Origin: Lama glama
Lineage: Eukaryota
Length of the DNA: 64,000 nt
NCBI GenBank assembly: GCA_028534125.1
Contig: CM052816.1
Coordinates: forward strand, 24,368,001 to 24,432,000
Reading direction: 5' to 3'
Of this stretch, positions 12,301 through 25,468 are shown in pieces. The notes under the pieces were generated by a model that saw only the letters and a program-made list of their open reading frames with translations, was not told the origin of the DNA and did not search any database. Numbering within the stretch: position 1 is the stretch's first letter; every line of letters begins with the position of its first letter. Position numbers and translations under genes: made by a program.

Positions 12301-15300
12301 ACACTTGGCATGTTTTAAAGAACAGTTCTCCAACATTAAAAAATTTTTTTCTTATATCCTTTGTAATCAGAGCTGAGTCACCAGTTCCAGTAATTCCTGT
12401 CACTCATAGCCCCCCACTGCCCACTAGGATAAGTGGGGCGGACGTGACAACTCTCTGGGCCCTTTTCAACAATTCCCAGATCCATGACTAACTCATTGCT
12501 TCACTAAGGCCCCACCGGCTTTCAACTACTCGCTTAGTCCTCCACCACCTTTGCTTAGCTTAGCTTACCTTACGGTGACCCCACAGGAGGCTTTACATCA
12601 GGACAAATGCATCCTGACTCGCACCCAGCTCAGGAAAGGGCGGGCCACCCAGGCTGTGTTGCGCTGTTCTGTCTGAGGGCACGGGGGAAGACAGGAACAC
12701 GCAGCGAGACCGCAGGCTCTGGAAAGAAAGCAGAATCCCTCCCTGCTCCTGACCCAGGCATCAGCTCATCCACATGAAAGCATTTTCTAAACTGCAGCAT
12801 GTCAGTAACATTTATGACAACTGCCATTGGTCTAAAGAACATTAGAAACAGAGATTTAAAATAGGGATTGGGGGTGATCTGACAGTGGGAAGCGTTTCCA
12901 TTCATTGTTGACGAGGAAGAGCACGGTTCCCACTGGCACACGAGTTATGCACGTTCTTTTCTACCAGCCAGGGGAAAGAGAAGGGGCACAGTGGTCAAGA
13001 AGGTGGCCTGTGTGATAGACTGAGCTCCCAAGAAAACCACCACATCTCTCATCGTGGTATTCTGTCTGTGTGCTAGGGCAGTGCCTGGCAGAACTCAATC
13101 CCCCAGGGAGAAGCTGCTGAAGGAATGAAGGAGTGAATAAACGACTTAACCTCTGGGCAGGTTACCCCCACTGTAAAACAAGGATAACACCCCTTACCCA
13201 GGGTGGTACTGCGAGCTTTAAGTAAGGTAACGGTTGGTGATGACCCTGCACAGAGCACCTGGCTGTGTGAACCCCGTCTGTTCCTTTCTCTCTGCCTCCT
13301 TCTTCTTCTTTATGGATCTTATGTTGCTTTTCCTCCTCCTCCAAGAGAATGAGGCTATTCCATGTGTAAGGAAGAGACATCAAGACAGCACTGCACATCT
13401 GGAACCCTGCCCCTGCCCACTCCTCTTAGTTGGGTCCCAAGTTCCCCAGATGCATGACACAGCCAAGGGTGCTGCTTCAGGATCCTCTAGGAGTTTCTGA
13501 TACAACCACTCTGAGTTACCCAAAGCTTCCCCCTCTGATGCCCAAACCCTTCCTTCTCCACAAAAGGCCACCGCCCAGATTTGCAAACATAAGCACTATT
13601 CCTGGTGACCCCGTAGCCACATCTCTGAGTTCTGTCCAGGTCCATTATTTCTTTCACGACGTACAATAATGACTGTGCAGCAGCCACTCAATGAATGTTT
13701 TCAGCTTTTTTCCCCCAACGTTCAAATTTCCTAACAGTTCTTTTCTTACCAGGGCAAAAACTTCAGAGAAATGGGCACCTGGGAAAATGGTTCAGAGGAA
13801 GATTTTGACCCTAGAAAGAGCCTGGGTTCAGATCTCTTGCCACTTGTGGGAAGGCAGCCTCACAAAGGAGTGGGGAGCTTGCAGCCAAGAGGAAGGCTGG
13901 GTCCGGAAAGGAAGGAAGAGAACGGCTGCCAGAGTCTAAGTCCAAAAGCAGTGCTCATGAAAGGGGGAGGTGAGCTGGGAGGCTCCCAGGCTCCCATGTT
14001 GAGAGAGGAAGAAACGAAGGATGAAAGAACCAGGAACCTGGGACTCAGAGTCTGGGAAACTAGACAACGAACAAGTCCTTGAAGATCACTCTCAGCCACT
14101 AAGCTAGAAAGCCTGCTTCTGCCGGAGCTGAGCCCTGCCAGCTGGAGCCGTGTCCTTCTGTTGTGATCACACAGTGGACACTTAGCTAGCACTCGCAGCT
14201 AATGTCCATCATAGGACACAGGATTATACAGAAGGGGACTGTGGAAACACCCACGTGTACTCAACAGATCAAACCAGACAGTTGGAAGACAATTACCCAA
14301 ACTGAGTCACAAAACACTGAAGGAAAACAAACAGTAGGGGCAGTACCTCCACACAGTTGTACGGGGAGGTCTGCCCCAAGCTGGGTGCATGGAGAAATTC
14401 AGAAGGCTGGCAGATGCTCATGGCAAGGATTAGGGCACAGAACTGTGGGCCAAGTGGGTCATGAAAGAAGGCTTAAAAGGCAAGTGAGGATTCTATTTGA
14501 AATCAAAGAAATCAACACCAGTATTTAAGAAAATGGCATACAAAATGCAGAGAAATCATTAAGGTACACAGACTAGGGCCCGCTGGAAGTAACACACAGC
14601 CAAAGGAAGTATTCAGACCACTGGAGAGGAACAAGAGCTGCATTTCTCTAACAGCTAACTTGGCTAGCATTTAAACTGAGAATTCCAACTCAGACTGGTG
14701 CAAGAAGCCTTCCCATAATAAACCTGGGTGACCATGTGTTTTAGTGCCATAAATAATTAAACTACTGAATAGGCTATCTCCTTAAAGTAAAAGGTCTATT
14801 GTGGCCTCTGGAGAAACATCAGCAGAAGACAGGATTTACTGTGCTGATCAAATGAAGGAAAATATGTACCATGCAAGTGAGGCGCAGGAGGGAGCGAGGT
14901 GACTCCCCACTGGGGGTCCGATGCTTGTCTCCAGGGCAGACTGTCCCCTGCCCGCACTTGCACCCTCCACAATGGCACTGCAGCCTCCAAGTACGGTGCT
15001 GTCTGCATTAATTCACTCTTCTTCCCACTCCACGTGCTCATGTGACACTCTCTCTGACATTTGAAATGCTACCTCTGAGAGCTTCACTATATTTTGCCTG
15101 TTTTGCTCATTCGCATCAACTTGGTTCTGAATATCCCTTCATTAAGGTAAGACAAAGGGCAGAAACACCAAATCCTGAATACTACCTCCTTCAGTGCCCT
15201 TTGTGGGAACGGAAGGAGTCAGTCCCAATTTCAGAATCCTAGGTTTTGACAGGTAAATATCATCGAAATACCAGAACTTTGCTCCACAGACTCAAAAGTT

Positions 15301-16129
15301 CGAACCTTAAGAGTCCTTCTCCTCTGGTGGTACCTCCTAAAATTCATATCCATGCTGCTACTTCATGCAGTAGAACTAAAAAGATCTGTATTTTGTTTAG
15401 AAGCCAGTGATCCAGAAGCATGGATTAAAGTCTTTTCAATTTCTCACTTGGTTTTAAACATGTGGTTTGGCCAGGAAAAGAAGGGGCATCCAAATAAATT
15501 TCTTTGTAATTTAAGATCTGGGGAAAGGGATGGTGGGTAAGAAATTGAAACCCAGAGGAACATAATTTAGCATAATCATATCTCTTAAAAGTATACACAA
15601 ATGCAAATAAATGTGCATATCTGTATGTGTGAAAGATGGTGAAAAGGACTGACCAAGAGAACCCCTTCCTCTCGCTATAGAATTGATAGCAGAGAACTAA
15701 TTTTTGTTTTAATATAGAGCCAAGCTTAAAAAGACAAGAAATGCCCAGATACCAGAGAGGAACCAAAAACTCAAAGTCTGAAGGCTAAGCCTCGGGGGCT
15801 GGAGGTGGGGACAGGAAACACGGCTGGGTCCCCACGAGGGAGAGGCCCCGCCGCATGAAGCACAGCATCCCATGTGACCCCACACGACCAGAACACCGCC
15901 TGCCTGCCCAGAGCAAAGACAAAGTCCTGCTGGGGGCGCCGCGGGTGGAAGTTACCTGCGAGGACCAGAGAAAAGCCCCCACAAGCGTCCCAGTGGATTT
16001 TCACTGCCACAAGGTGAGAAAACGATGAAAGAACTCCAGAGCACTACACCACGTCATCCGTGGGGGCTGGCACAGGAAACCCCCAAATTACACTGTAGCA
16101 AAACCCTGGGACGTGGACCACTCAAAACA

Positions 16130-16700
16130 AACAGCCCTTGGCTGAAGACACACTCACAATCCTAAAAACCCATGACGAAGCAAACCACCATTAATTTTTC
16201 TGAAGCTGACAGAAAATATGAATTTTAATCATACCTATTTTATAGTCTCTGAACTCAAGAAAATAGAGACTATAAAATAGGTATGATTAAAATAAACTTT
16301 ATAAAGGAACACGAGAACTATAACGAAAAAAAGTGAAAAAAGAACAGGCAAATTTGAAAAAGAAACACCACTTCAGAAATGGAAACTATAGTTAGTGAAA
16401 TTAGAAACTCAATGAGCAGGATAAACAGGTTAGACAGGGCTAAGAACACAATCAGTGAGATAAATACAAAGAAGTTACTGAGAATACCACACACAGAAAT
16501 CTAGAACATATGGAAGAGGACAGGTTCAATTTAAGTCTGAAAGAAATCCCAGAAGGAAAGAATAGCGAACAGGATGAGATAATATTCAACAAAATACAAA
16601 CACCCAGAAGTTTCTTTGTGATAAACACTGAGATGAGAGCTGAACAAGGGAATAAAAATCAATCTGTGTGTAAATACAGTGGTGAAACTAGACCACTGAA
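16130..16700 (+). mobile_element. Degraded L1 ORF1-region remnant
   Basis: A-rich, with ORF1-like phrases (gaaattagaaactcaatgagcaggataaacaggttagacagggctaagaacacaatcagtga). Confidence 0.5.
16222..16293. repeat. Perfect 29-bp inverted repeat with a 14-nt spacer
   Basis: ATTTTAATCATACCTATTTTATAGTCTCT (16222-16250) is the exact reverse complement of AGAGACTATAAAATAGGTATGATTAAAAT (16265-16293). Confidence 0.97.
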
Positions 16701-18029
16701 GACAAAATTAAGGGGGGGGGATTTCATGCTTGTTACAGTTCAACCACCCAGAAAAGCGGCTGGAACCGCCACTGCCGCGGGCCGCACTGACTGTCACGAG
16801 GCGGCACGTGCAGCGCCTCTGCCTCCCTGATGCTCAGGGAACGGCTGTAGGTCGGCTCACGTTCCGAAAACTGCTAATCAGACTCAACAACCCCCTGCCA
16901 CGCATTTCGGGGCACCCAACTAAGTATTAACCGAGGCCTGGCGTTTTACTCTAAATTTCACTCGAATATATGATATTCCTCTGTATTAAAACTGCCAAAG
17001 TTTCTTAATATCTAACTAAAGTGATTTAACCTAGATTTGATCTAGAACCTAATTTAGCTAGCAATAAAGTACCTAGAATGAATTCTGATGATGAGAACCC
17101 CATCTTGTGGCAATACTTCTCACAACCAAGTTGGGCATCCATGGCGTGGCCATTTTCATTCTGAAGACAAATCTGTGTAGAGAAGTTATCATTTTATCTG
17201 CTTCACCAGACAGAATTTCTAACCCAGCATTCATCTTGTGTCTGCGACGGCACCAGAGTATGCAGTAAATCTGCAGAGCACAGTAATTCTGGGACTTTGT
17301 GAGTTACTTTCAATGTAAGCTGCTAGTCTTTGCGCAGCTTACTGCAGGAATATTTTAAGAGAAACGCAAACACTGACTCTGGGTTCGCTTCTATGTTACC
17401 ATCAGTTTACTCTAGGGATGGTTTGGATATTCCACCCTCTACAAGATGAACCCTCTCAGCTAAAGCAATCACAAGATAAAAATTCTCCAAACGCCTAACA
17501 AATGACACCCTGGTTATCACCATACGTTACTACCCTACACAGCACACACTTTCCTGTATTTTCTATCACTCATGCCTTACTCTTCTAAAAGGTGAATTTT
17601 TCTCTTCTATATTTTAAAAGATAGTAAAACCAGATTCTAGAAATATTATCTCCTTTTTTTTTCTTTAAAAGTAGTGTCTTTCTAAATGCCTTCTCCCACT
17701 ATGTTCCCAAGTGGCACTCCTACTACTTAAGAGATTTTGAAAGGCATTATTGTTAATAAGCTAAAAAAAATATAAAGCACTGAGCAAGATGTCTGGCTTC
17801 AAAACATTAGCTATTATAATTGCTTTTTATTACTGTTATTAGTGCAATTATTAACTACAACAGAGTACTGAAAAGTGGGAGACCCCAAAAAAGTGTTTTA
17901 TCTTCCCCACTGTCAGAGCCTTAAAGAAAAATCTAGTTCAAACAGGAAGCCAAATTATGTTTCCCAAAGGTAAAACTGAAACAATACTTTTCTCCCCTCA
18001 AAATATGTTTAAAGTTTTAAAAAGACAGT

Positions 18030-18797
18030 AGATTAATATTAAAACAGTTTTTTATTTGTTAATGTCACATAAGAAATTTAAGCAAGTTATGCTATCTTAA
18101 AAAACACAACTAATGCGTTTTAGGAGAAACCCTCCCCTCCCCCCTCATTCCCCTCCCTCCATTCCCCTCATGAATTAAGAATCTAAGAGAAGAAGTAACC
18201 ATAAAACAAAGTTTTGTGGAATCCTTCATCTAGAGTGCTTACATGATGATTAAGTTCATACTGCCTTCTTACAAAATTTCTCTTTTCTATTTTAAAAAAA
18301 ATTCTGTAGCCTTGATTGTTTATTACAAAAAAATTCAGTAAAAAAGTTTGATATATTGAAAAATGCCTCTCCCCTCCCTCACAGCACCGTTATATATAGC
18401 AGAGAATAATCAAGAGCAGATTGCTAATCTAGATGGAGCAATCTTCAAATGATACCCAGACACACAGTGGTTTATTTACCCTCCCTTCCCCTTCTTATAA
18501 GAACTTTAAAAAAAAAACAAAAACCACACATATAAAAAAATGTCCAAAAATTTGAGGGAACCTTTCCAAACAGTACACAGTTCAGTGTCAATAATTCACA
18601 TCTTGCAACAAAGGATATGATTTCTTTTACAAAACTTTCAGTGTCAAAAAAGGAAATTAAGGCCATCAGATTCGCAGCTTAAAAATTCACATAAAGGAAA
18701 TATAAAAATATTCTGTGCTTCGGAGAAGGCTCTGCACTGCATGTGGTAAGGATTACCATACTTCTTTATTTTGAGGAAGACAGTTGACTTGAGAAGT
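18030..18797 (-). other. LMNB1: LMNB1 3' UTR (approximate distal end)
   Basis: Follows the TAA stop, is U-rich, and ends shortly after AATAAA at 18056-18051, which is followed by a TGTCTTTTT downstream element. Confidence 0.8.
18051..18056 (-). terminator. Probable major polyadenylation signal AATAAA
   Basis: tttatt on the + strand, with a GU/U-rich element ~25-35 nt downstream on the minus strand. Confidence 0.75.
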
Positions 18798-18839
18798 TTA
18801 CATAATTGCACAGCTTCTATTGGAACCTCTTGGGGCTCC
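18798..18839 (-). CDS. LMNB1: Lamin B1 coding exon 11 (42 nt including stop): CAAX farnesylation motif
   Basis: Acceptor with strong pyrimidine tract ...cctcattag|GGA. Reads GAPRGSNRSCAIM-TAA. The 11 exons total 1761 nt = 586 aa plus stop. Confidence 0.98.
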   Translation of the reverse strand, partial: GAPRGSNRSCAIM

Positions 18840-19025
18840 CTAATGAGGAAAACAGAAAGAAAAATCAGTGCTAAGAAAATAGATCAAGGTACTTTAAAAG
18901 AAGGCAGAGATACTACAAATTCATCATTACCTAACTTCAAATCGACCGTCATTATTTCTCACTTATCCTCATTTTTAACCTTCTCTTATGGACTTCTTCC
19001 CTATAATACTCCAACAAATTCCAGA

Positions 19026-19213
19026 ACAGTGATTCTCAACTCTAGCTACACAGTCAGATCCTGCAGAGCTTAAATAAAACAAAAAACCTCAAACTCTCAT
19101 CTAGCTCCCTAAATCAATTAAATAAGAATCTCTCATTTAACTGGGGAAGAGTATGTATTTATATGTAATTTTAAAGCTAATTCTAACATGCAGCTGAAGT
19201 GGAAAACTGCTGT
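19026..19213. mobile_element. MER5-like hAT DNA transposon remnant
   Basis: Ends cagtgattctcaac ... gtggaaaactgctg form degenerate TIRs; internal ttctaacatgcagc motif. Confidence 0.6.
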
Positions 19214-19895
19214 TCAATAACCTCCTTTCATAACTTAGGAAACAGCAGATCAGGGGACTGCATTCTGAACAACCACACCCAGGAACACGGCCACTGTATC
19301 CTCAGCTCTCAAATCCTGAAGCATCTGCACTGGGTTTATCCGCAAATGTAAAGTCAAAATGGCCCCCACTATCCATTTCTTTATCACTCACTAATTCCTT
19401 AAAATCTCACAATATGACTGTGACTCACGATTTGACTTAAAGGGAAATTGGCTTCTTGAAGCTCAAAAAGACTTCTAATCAACTTGAAAGGCCATTGGAT
19501 TCATTCTCTAAAGTGAAGTCAAAATAGCTAATCTGCTCTTCCATGTTCCCTCTTCGGAACCTTGACATCATTATTTTCTCCCATCACAAAAGCTAAAAAT
19601 CTCACACATCTCTAATTTCTTTCTTTCTTCTCTCACCCTCAAGTTCAGTCACTATGTGTTAGTGACTCTCCATTCACAGTCCCTCAGTGTCTCTGCAATC
19701 TCCCCTCTAGAGTCAGTCCCTTTGATATGTCTTAACTTCTCCTTTGCTCCAGAGTGTGCAGAAGCTACTTCCCCAGGCATTCCAGACTACGTCAATTTAA
19801 CACCAACCTTCCCACTTCATTCATATCTCACACACACCCTACAACACAACTGGATGGACAGATATACTTGATGCTTAAGTCTTGACATATCCCCT

Positions 19896-20293
19896 GTGAT
19901 GAATTAAAGATCATCCTCAATTCTCTTCTACTCCTCCCAGTATAAGGTAAATACTCACCCACCCTGGAACCGGAGCTGGCCTTTGCCTTACCTTGACTAA
20001 GAGAATATGGGCTGTAAGAGATCTAGTGCTCTCCATTTTCTCTCTTGGAAGCTAGCTGCCATGCTATAAGAAAGCTCAGGCTAAACTACCAAATGATGAC
20101 AAACCCATGGAAACAGCCCCAGTCAAGCTCCCAGTTGAATGCAACCGCATGACTGACTTCACTCTCCATCATGTGGAACAAAAGAACTGTCCAACTGAAC
20201 CCAAAGCACAGAATCACAGGAAGGAAGAAATCATTGTTTTAAGTCACTGAGATTTAAGACAGTCTGTTAATGTAGCAACAGATAATTCAAACA
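19896..20293 (+). mobile_element. MaLR LTR (MLT1-like) inserted within an L2 remnant
   Basis: TGTG start and MLT1 end (ttgttttaagtcactgagattt...gtagcaacagataattcaaaca). Flanks at ~19500-19890 and ~20300-20610 look L2-like. Confidence 0.65.
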
Positions 20294-21384
20294 CCTACAA
20301 AACACCGTCATCTGCCTTCCAATATCCAAATAATTGCTCATCCTTCAAAACACTGGACGAGCCTATTTCCCAGAGATCTTCTCAACTATCCTGGTGGCCT
20401 AAAGAGCCTTCTCCAGCATCTAACCTGCTACAACTCACGCTCTGAGCCACTTGTCTGGCACTGTGAGCTATATCTTACATTGTTACTTCACTTCCAGTCA
20501 CTATAATGCTTCCCATGAGAGCAGGAAATAGATCTTGTGCCTGATTCTTGTTAAAGCCAAGTATAAACTTGTCTGTTCTTAAATACTCCTCCAAAATGTA
20601 TGAGGAAGTATCCATACCAAAAATCCATTCTACTATAATCCACCTCAAGTGGTTTTCAACTCTGGAGGCTGAACACTTAAGAGAATGTTTACCTGGAATA
20701 GGACTGGAGCTAACTATGCAAAATGAACAGATTTATAAATCTGGAGACATGGAGACAAAGTCTTATAAGGATAAAGGTAGGAATTTTAATTAATGATCAG
20801 ACTGGAATAGCTTGAGAATATAAACTGAGGCTCATTCTTTTTTTCTTTACTTATTAATAGTTTCAATTTAATAAATTAAAATCAAATTTGGAGCTTCTTT
20901 ATTTCAAGCGCTCTCAAAAGCCCAAGCATCAGCTAAAATTTATCTTGCAATTAAATGATCAGAAACTAAAGAAAGCAAGTATTTTGTTTCACACTGAAGT
21001 TAATTATTCAGTTTTTTTTAAAGTTTATATGCAGATACCTGCTGTAATTTAGTTATCTAAACTTCTCAAAGAGCCCTTCAATAAATACTTTTGAGCAAGC
21101 ATTCCAACCATACTTACTTATGTATGTGTCCTACTATAACATTACATACATTACAAAACAGACAAAACTGAAATTTGATGTAATGAGAAGTAATTTTTTA
21201 AAAAGGGCTAACATCTTCTTCCAGGAACCTAAAGTACTGTATCTTGAATATCCCCTCAGGAAAAAACAAATTCCACTTGGTACATCACTCACTTGGTTCC
21301 GCAAGTAAAGGGAAAAATCCAAGCTCCACTATTGGCTTCGGTTTTCCTGTAACTCTGTTAATAAAGTTTCAAAGAAATACATTA

Positions 21385-21501
<117 letters not shown>

Positions 21502-24500
21502 CTAAACACAGGAGTTTGATTTTAAGTTAAAATACTACGCATAAAAATCACAAAGACTTGGAGGGGGGTAATGACACCTTTTCTTTGTGTAAATTTAAGA
21601 AACAGTATTCCTGTATCAGGGACCTTTTTTTTTTTAACTGGCTCATCAGGAGCTTTAGCTACTGAACAGGAATTTTTGCATAATTAGTAGCAGTTCTTAG
21701 ATCTTCACTGTTTCCTGCAGGGGAGCTACTGGTATCCAATTTGAAATACCTGCTAAGAAGTTCCCACTGCTTTTTATTCCATTCTGTTACTAAGAATTCT
21801 GTAAATGGTTTGGCACACTAAATTCTTTATAACACTCAACATGAATGCAGCTTAAAGATCTTGGCTCCCAGCAAAGAGTCGGTGCTAAGTAAATGGTGAA
21901 TAAAATGAAGTCAGAGGACAACTGCTGTGCCCTGAGGGATGTGGTGGCAAGAACCACGTGAGGAGATGAAAGAACAAGCTTTCATTCTTTCAGCAACTAG
22001 TTCCTCTTGAATGAAACAGAATCAAGACAAACACTATTGACTAATAACATATCCACACAAAAAGCAGATCTCCTGTCATTCACTGGAGGCGTGACAGAAA
22101 GTAATCTTCCATTTTCCACTGAAAGGCGCAAATACAGAGGACATTCCGGTGGAGAATGCTGACTTGCACAAATGCAGCAGCGTTTTCCTTTAAGCACAAG
22201 GCTAACCTGATGATCTAGCAGCAAGTAAATGAGTGTGTCCTAGAGTGCTACAGAGCATCTAATTTTACTCTGCACCATGTCCTAAGGTCACTCAAGAAAG
22301 ATACTCTACTGGGGAAGATGCTAAAATCACATCAGTAAAAGCTAATCTGAAATTTAACACAGACCAGCTAGTTTAAAATGGCAGAGGAAGAAAACCAAAG
22401 AACAGTGTCATAGATACGAGTTCAATTTAAAACACATCAAGGATATATTTTATAAATGAAATAAGGTAGTACAGTAGTATTTTGTACGGAATTTTGATTA
22501 TTGTTGCATGGCCAAAGATGGACCATCCTGAGTCTCAATTATCCAGAAACTTCAATTCTGTGAAATCAGCCTCTGCTTATACACACAAATAGCCTTTTCA
22601 CAAATACCAGCTTGCCCTAACCAAATCAGTGCTAATAAAAAAGCATGTGACTCCTTAGATCAATTACAATTCTTTGAACTAAGATATAAAGGGGGCAACG
22701 GTGGCATATAAAACAGAAAGAAGATTCTCAAAAAGCTTTCAGAGTACCCAGCTTCCCTCAACTCATCTTAAAATGAGAAAAGAAAAGTCGAAGAAAATCT
22801 GTTAGAGAATCCTCACATTCCAGCTTCAGCAGCTCGTGGCAGTGTACACAGAGCCCACACGGGAACACTGGCTCTTAGAGCCTGTGATGTGACCTGGGAC
22901 TGTCAGCCCCAAATGAGATGCTTAGAAAACAGCAACTTGCCCAACTTCATTAATTATGAATTACTTCAACATAACTGCCTTTAATGTAAGCCTGCTGTTA
23001 AGCACTTCTCATTTGACAACATTTAAGAACCAATTAATGCAAAAAACCTGGATGGAAAATAAGTGAGCTAAATAACATCTAAACACTTAAATAGAAAAAT
23101 AATAAAACAAATTTAGAACCAAAGGTTGTTGGAAGGTTTAGGCACAGGAAATTGTTATTAGCCAAATTAGCCAAGATGCTAAAAGATAAATGTCTTTACC
23201 AAAAAAAAAAAAAAAATCTCAGCAGGACACTCAACCCAATCAAGTGCCCTGAAAGGCACACACAAAAGTCTCTCTGTAAACATGTCATCAGTCTGCCCGG
23301 TTGGAGCCCTGGGCACACACAGGTACAAGCATCTGCCCAGCAGTGCAGTGAAGCTGGCTGCACCAGCTCCTGTGCTGTCTCCTCAACTCTGCGCTCAGTC
23401 TCGACGCGCGGGTAGCCTGCAATCACCATCATGAGTATTTACACCACAGAAATCAGCAAATACTACAAAAATCAGGGTGGTTTTTGTTGATGAAGGAGCT
23501 AAGCTCCTTAACTATGATGTCTCTGTATACATAAGTAATCATCTGCATACAGAAGTTTCAGTGATCCTATATTCTAGGAGGTACAGAGAGACTGCTTTAT
23601 TTTTCTATGGTGATATTTCCTTTTTTCAATCATCCAGCATCCGCCCCCACCACCCTTTCTCAGTTAAGAGCCTCCAGCTTTCCCTGGGTACCCTCCCTCC
23701 CATGGAGATGGGACACATGCATCAAGAGCAGCCAAGTGTGATCAAGCCATGGAGGAGGAGGAGGAAGGTTAAAGCCCTTACTCTGTCCTCTCAACTCCAG
23801 GAACTGGCTCAGAGGTAGGCACGTGACCCAGGCTGGTACTGCAGGAGTGAAGCCCAGAACCAGGACGTGACAGGGCAGACGCACTTGCCCCAAGAAGTCA
23901 GCCTGGAATGATGCACCTCCAGGAGGGCCGGCAGCTCCCTTACATCAGTGAGTGAGACATTCAGGAAACAGGACAACAGAAAGATCCCTGGGGACATGGG
24001 GTGAGCCACAAGCTCACTCTGGATTTTTGGTTTTGTGAACTCATATATTCCCATTATTTTAAAGCCAGTTTAACTGGGTTTTCTGATATCTCTAACACCT
24101 CAGCAAGAAAATAAACATTAAAAAATTAAGTTGACTTAAGCCAATCACTACAGTCTTACAGAAAAGTAGTCTTTATGCTGTTAAATATAAATCATTGTAA
24201 TAATTACTCTAATAAAGTCTTACAGAATTAAATCAATAAATGCCAAAAGTACTTGTGTGACAATGACAGGAATAAACTGCATTCATAACACTTTCCTCAT
24301 TTCTGACAGAAGTCACTTAACAGAGCCTAGCATACAGAAGGCAGCAGAATTCTGTTAAGAGAACAGGCAAGCAAACCAACCAAATAATCTAATATTCAGG
24401 GTCTGAATTATGACAGGAAACCTGAACTTCAGGCAGATTTCCTGAAATGTAATGGGTAATACTACCTCCAGACATAGCCCATGTCACGGTACCTACCTGG

Positions 24501-25359
24501 TTCACTTGTTGTATCTATTCTGTGGGCTTTTAAACCTGCTGCATCCTAGATATCCCCTTATAAGATCATTTGTAAGTTGGGACACATTTTCACACAGAAA
24601 AAAATGGGGACTAATTCCACAGCTCACAAAAGCCTATTTCATCAACCACAGCCCCTTATACAGTGCTTCTCAATCTGAACAAATCGCCACTCATAACAGT
24701 GTTTTGAAAGAGACATGTACTCTGCCAGTTCCAGACGTCAGGGGAACCACCAGCATAGGACCTGCAGTCCTTTCAGCACTGGGGTGGGGGTAGGGGCACA
24801 CCAGTGGCAGCTGGGAACAGGTCCACAGTGCTGAAGGCAAGAAGCAACCAAGGGCTCCCACACGGAAAACAGCAGGAAGACTTGGCTCCTTGAAGTCTGT
24901 CAATTACTGAAGACATTTTTAAACACTCCCACCACCCTGAGATCCTAGCAGATATTTGGAGGTGAACTGTACTGAGGTCTACAGTGAAAAAAATCAGATG
25001 CCCTTTCATTTTCAGTCTCAGTCTGAGCTCAAAGGCATTCTTCATGCAGCAGACAGTGAATTCCTTATGAAGAGCAGCCTGAACATGAGGAGATGTTCAC
25101 AGGGAGGGATGGATGGGAAGATGGCCAGGCAAAGGACTTCTTATATGCAGACACCTCAGATCCCCAATGAATGCTGGTAATTACTTCACTTCTCTGAACT
25201 TAAGTGAAGGTTCATGTTTGATTTTCTTAAAATTTTATCCAGTAAATTCTTACTAAATGCCTATGATGTGCCAGGAAGAAGCAGAACAGGTCCTTTCCCT
25301 CAATGTGTTTATCACTCTGGTGAGAGGACAGCCTGAGAAGTGTGAGAGGTCTGTACCTG

Positions 25360-25468
<109 letters not shown>

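Noticed and set aside
1..16000. Exons of a neighbouring gene (MARCHF3 lies downstream of LMNB1 in human)
   Set aside because: I found no ORF or spliced frame resembling a RING-CH ligase or any other known protein. The short ORFs here are repeat-derived or random.
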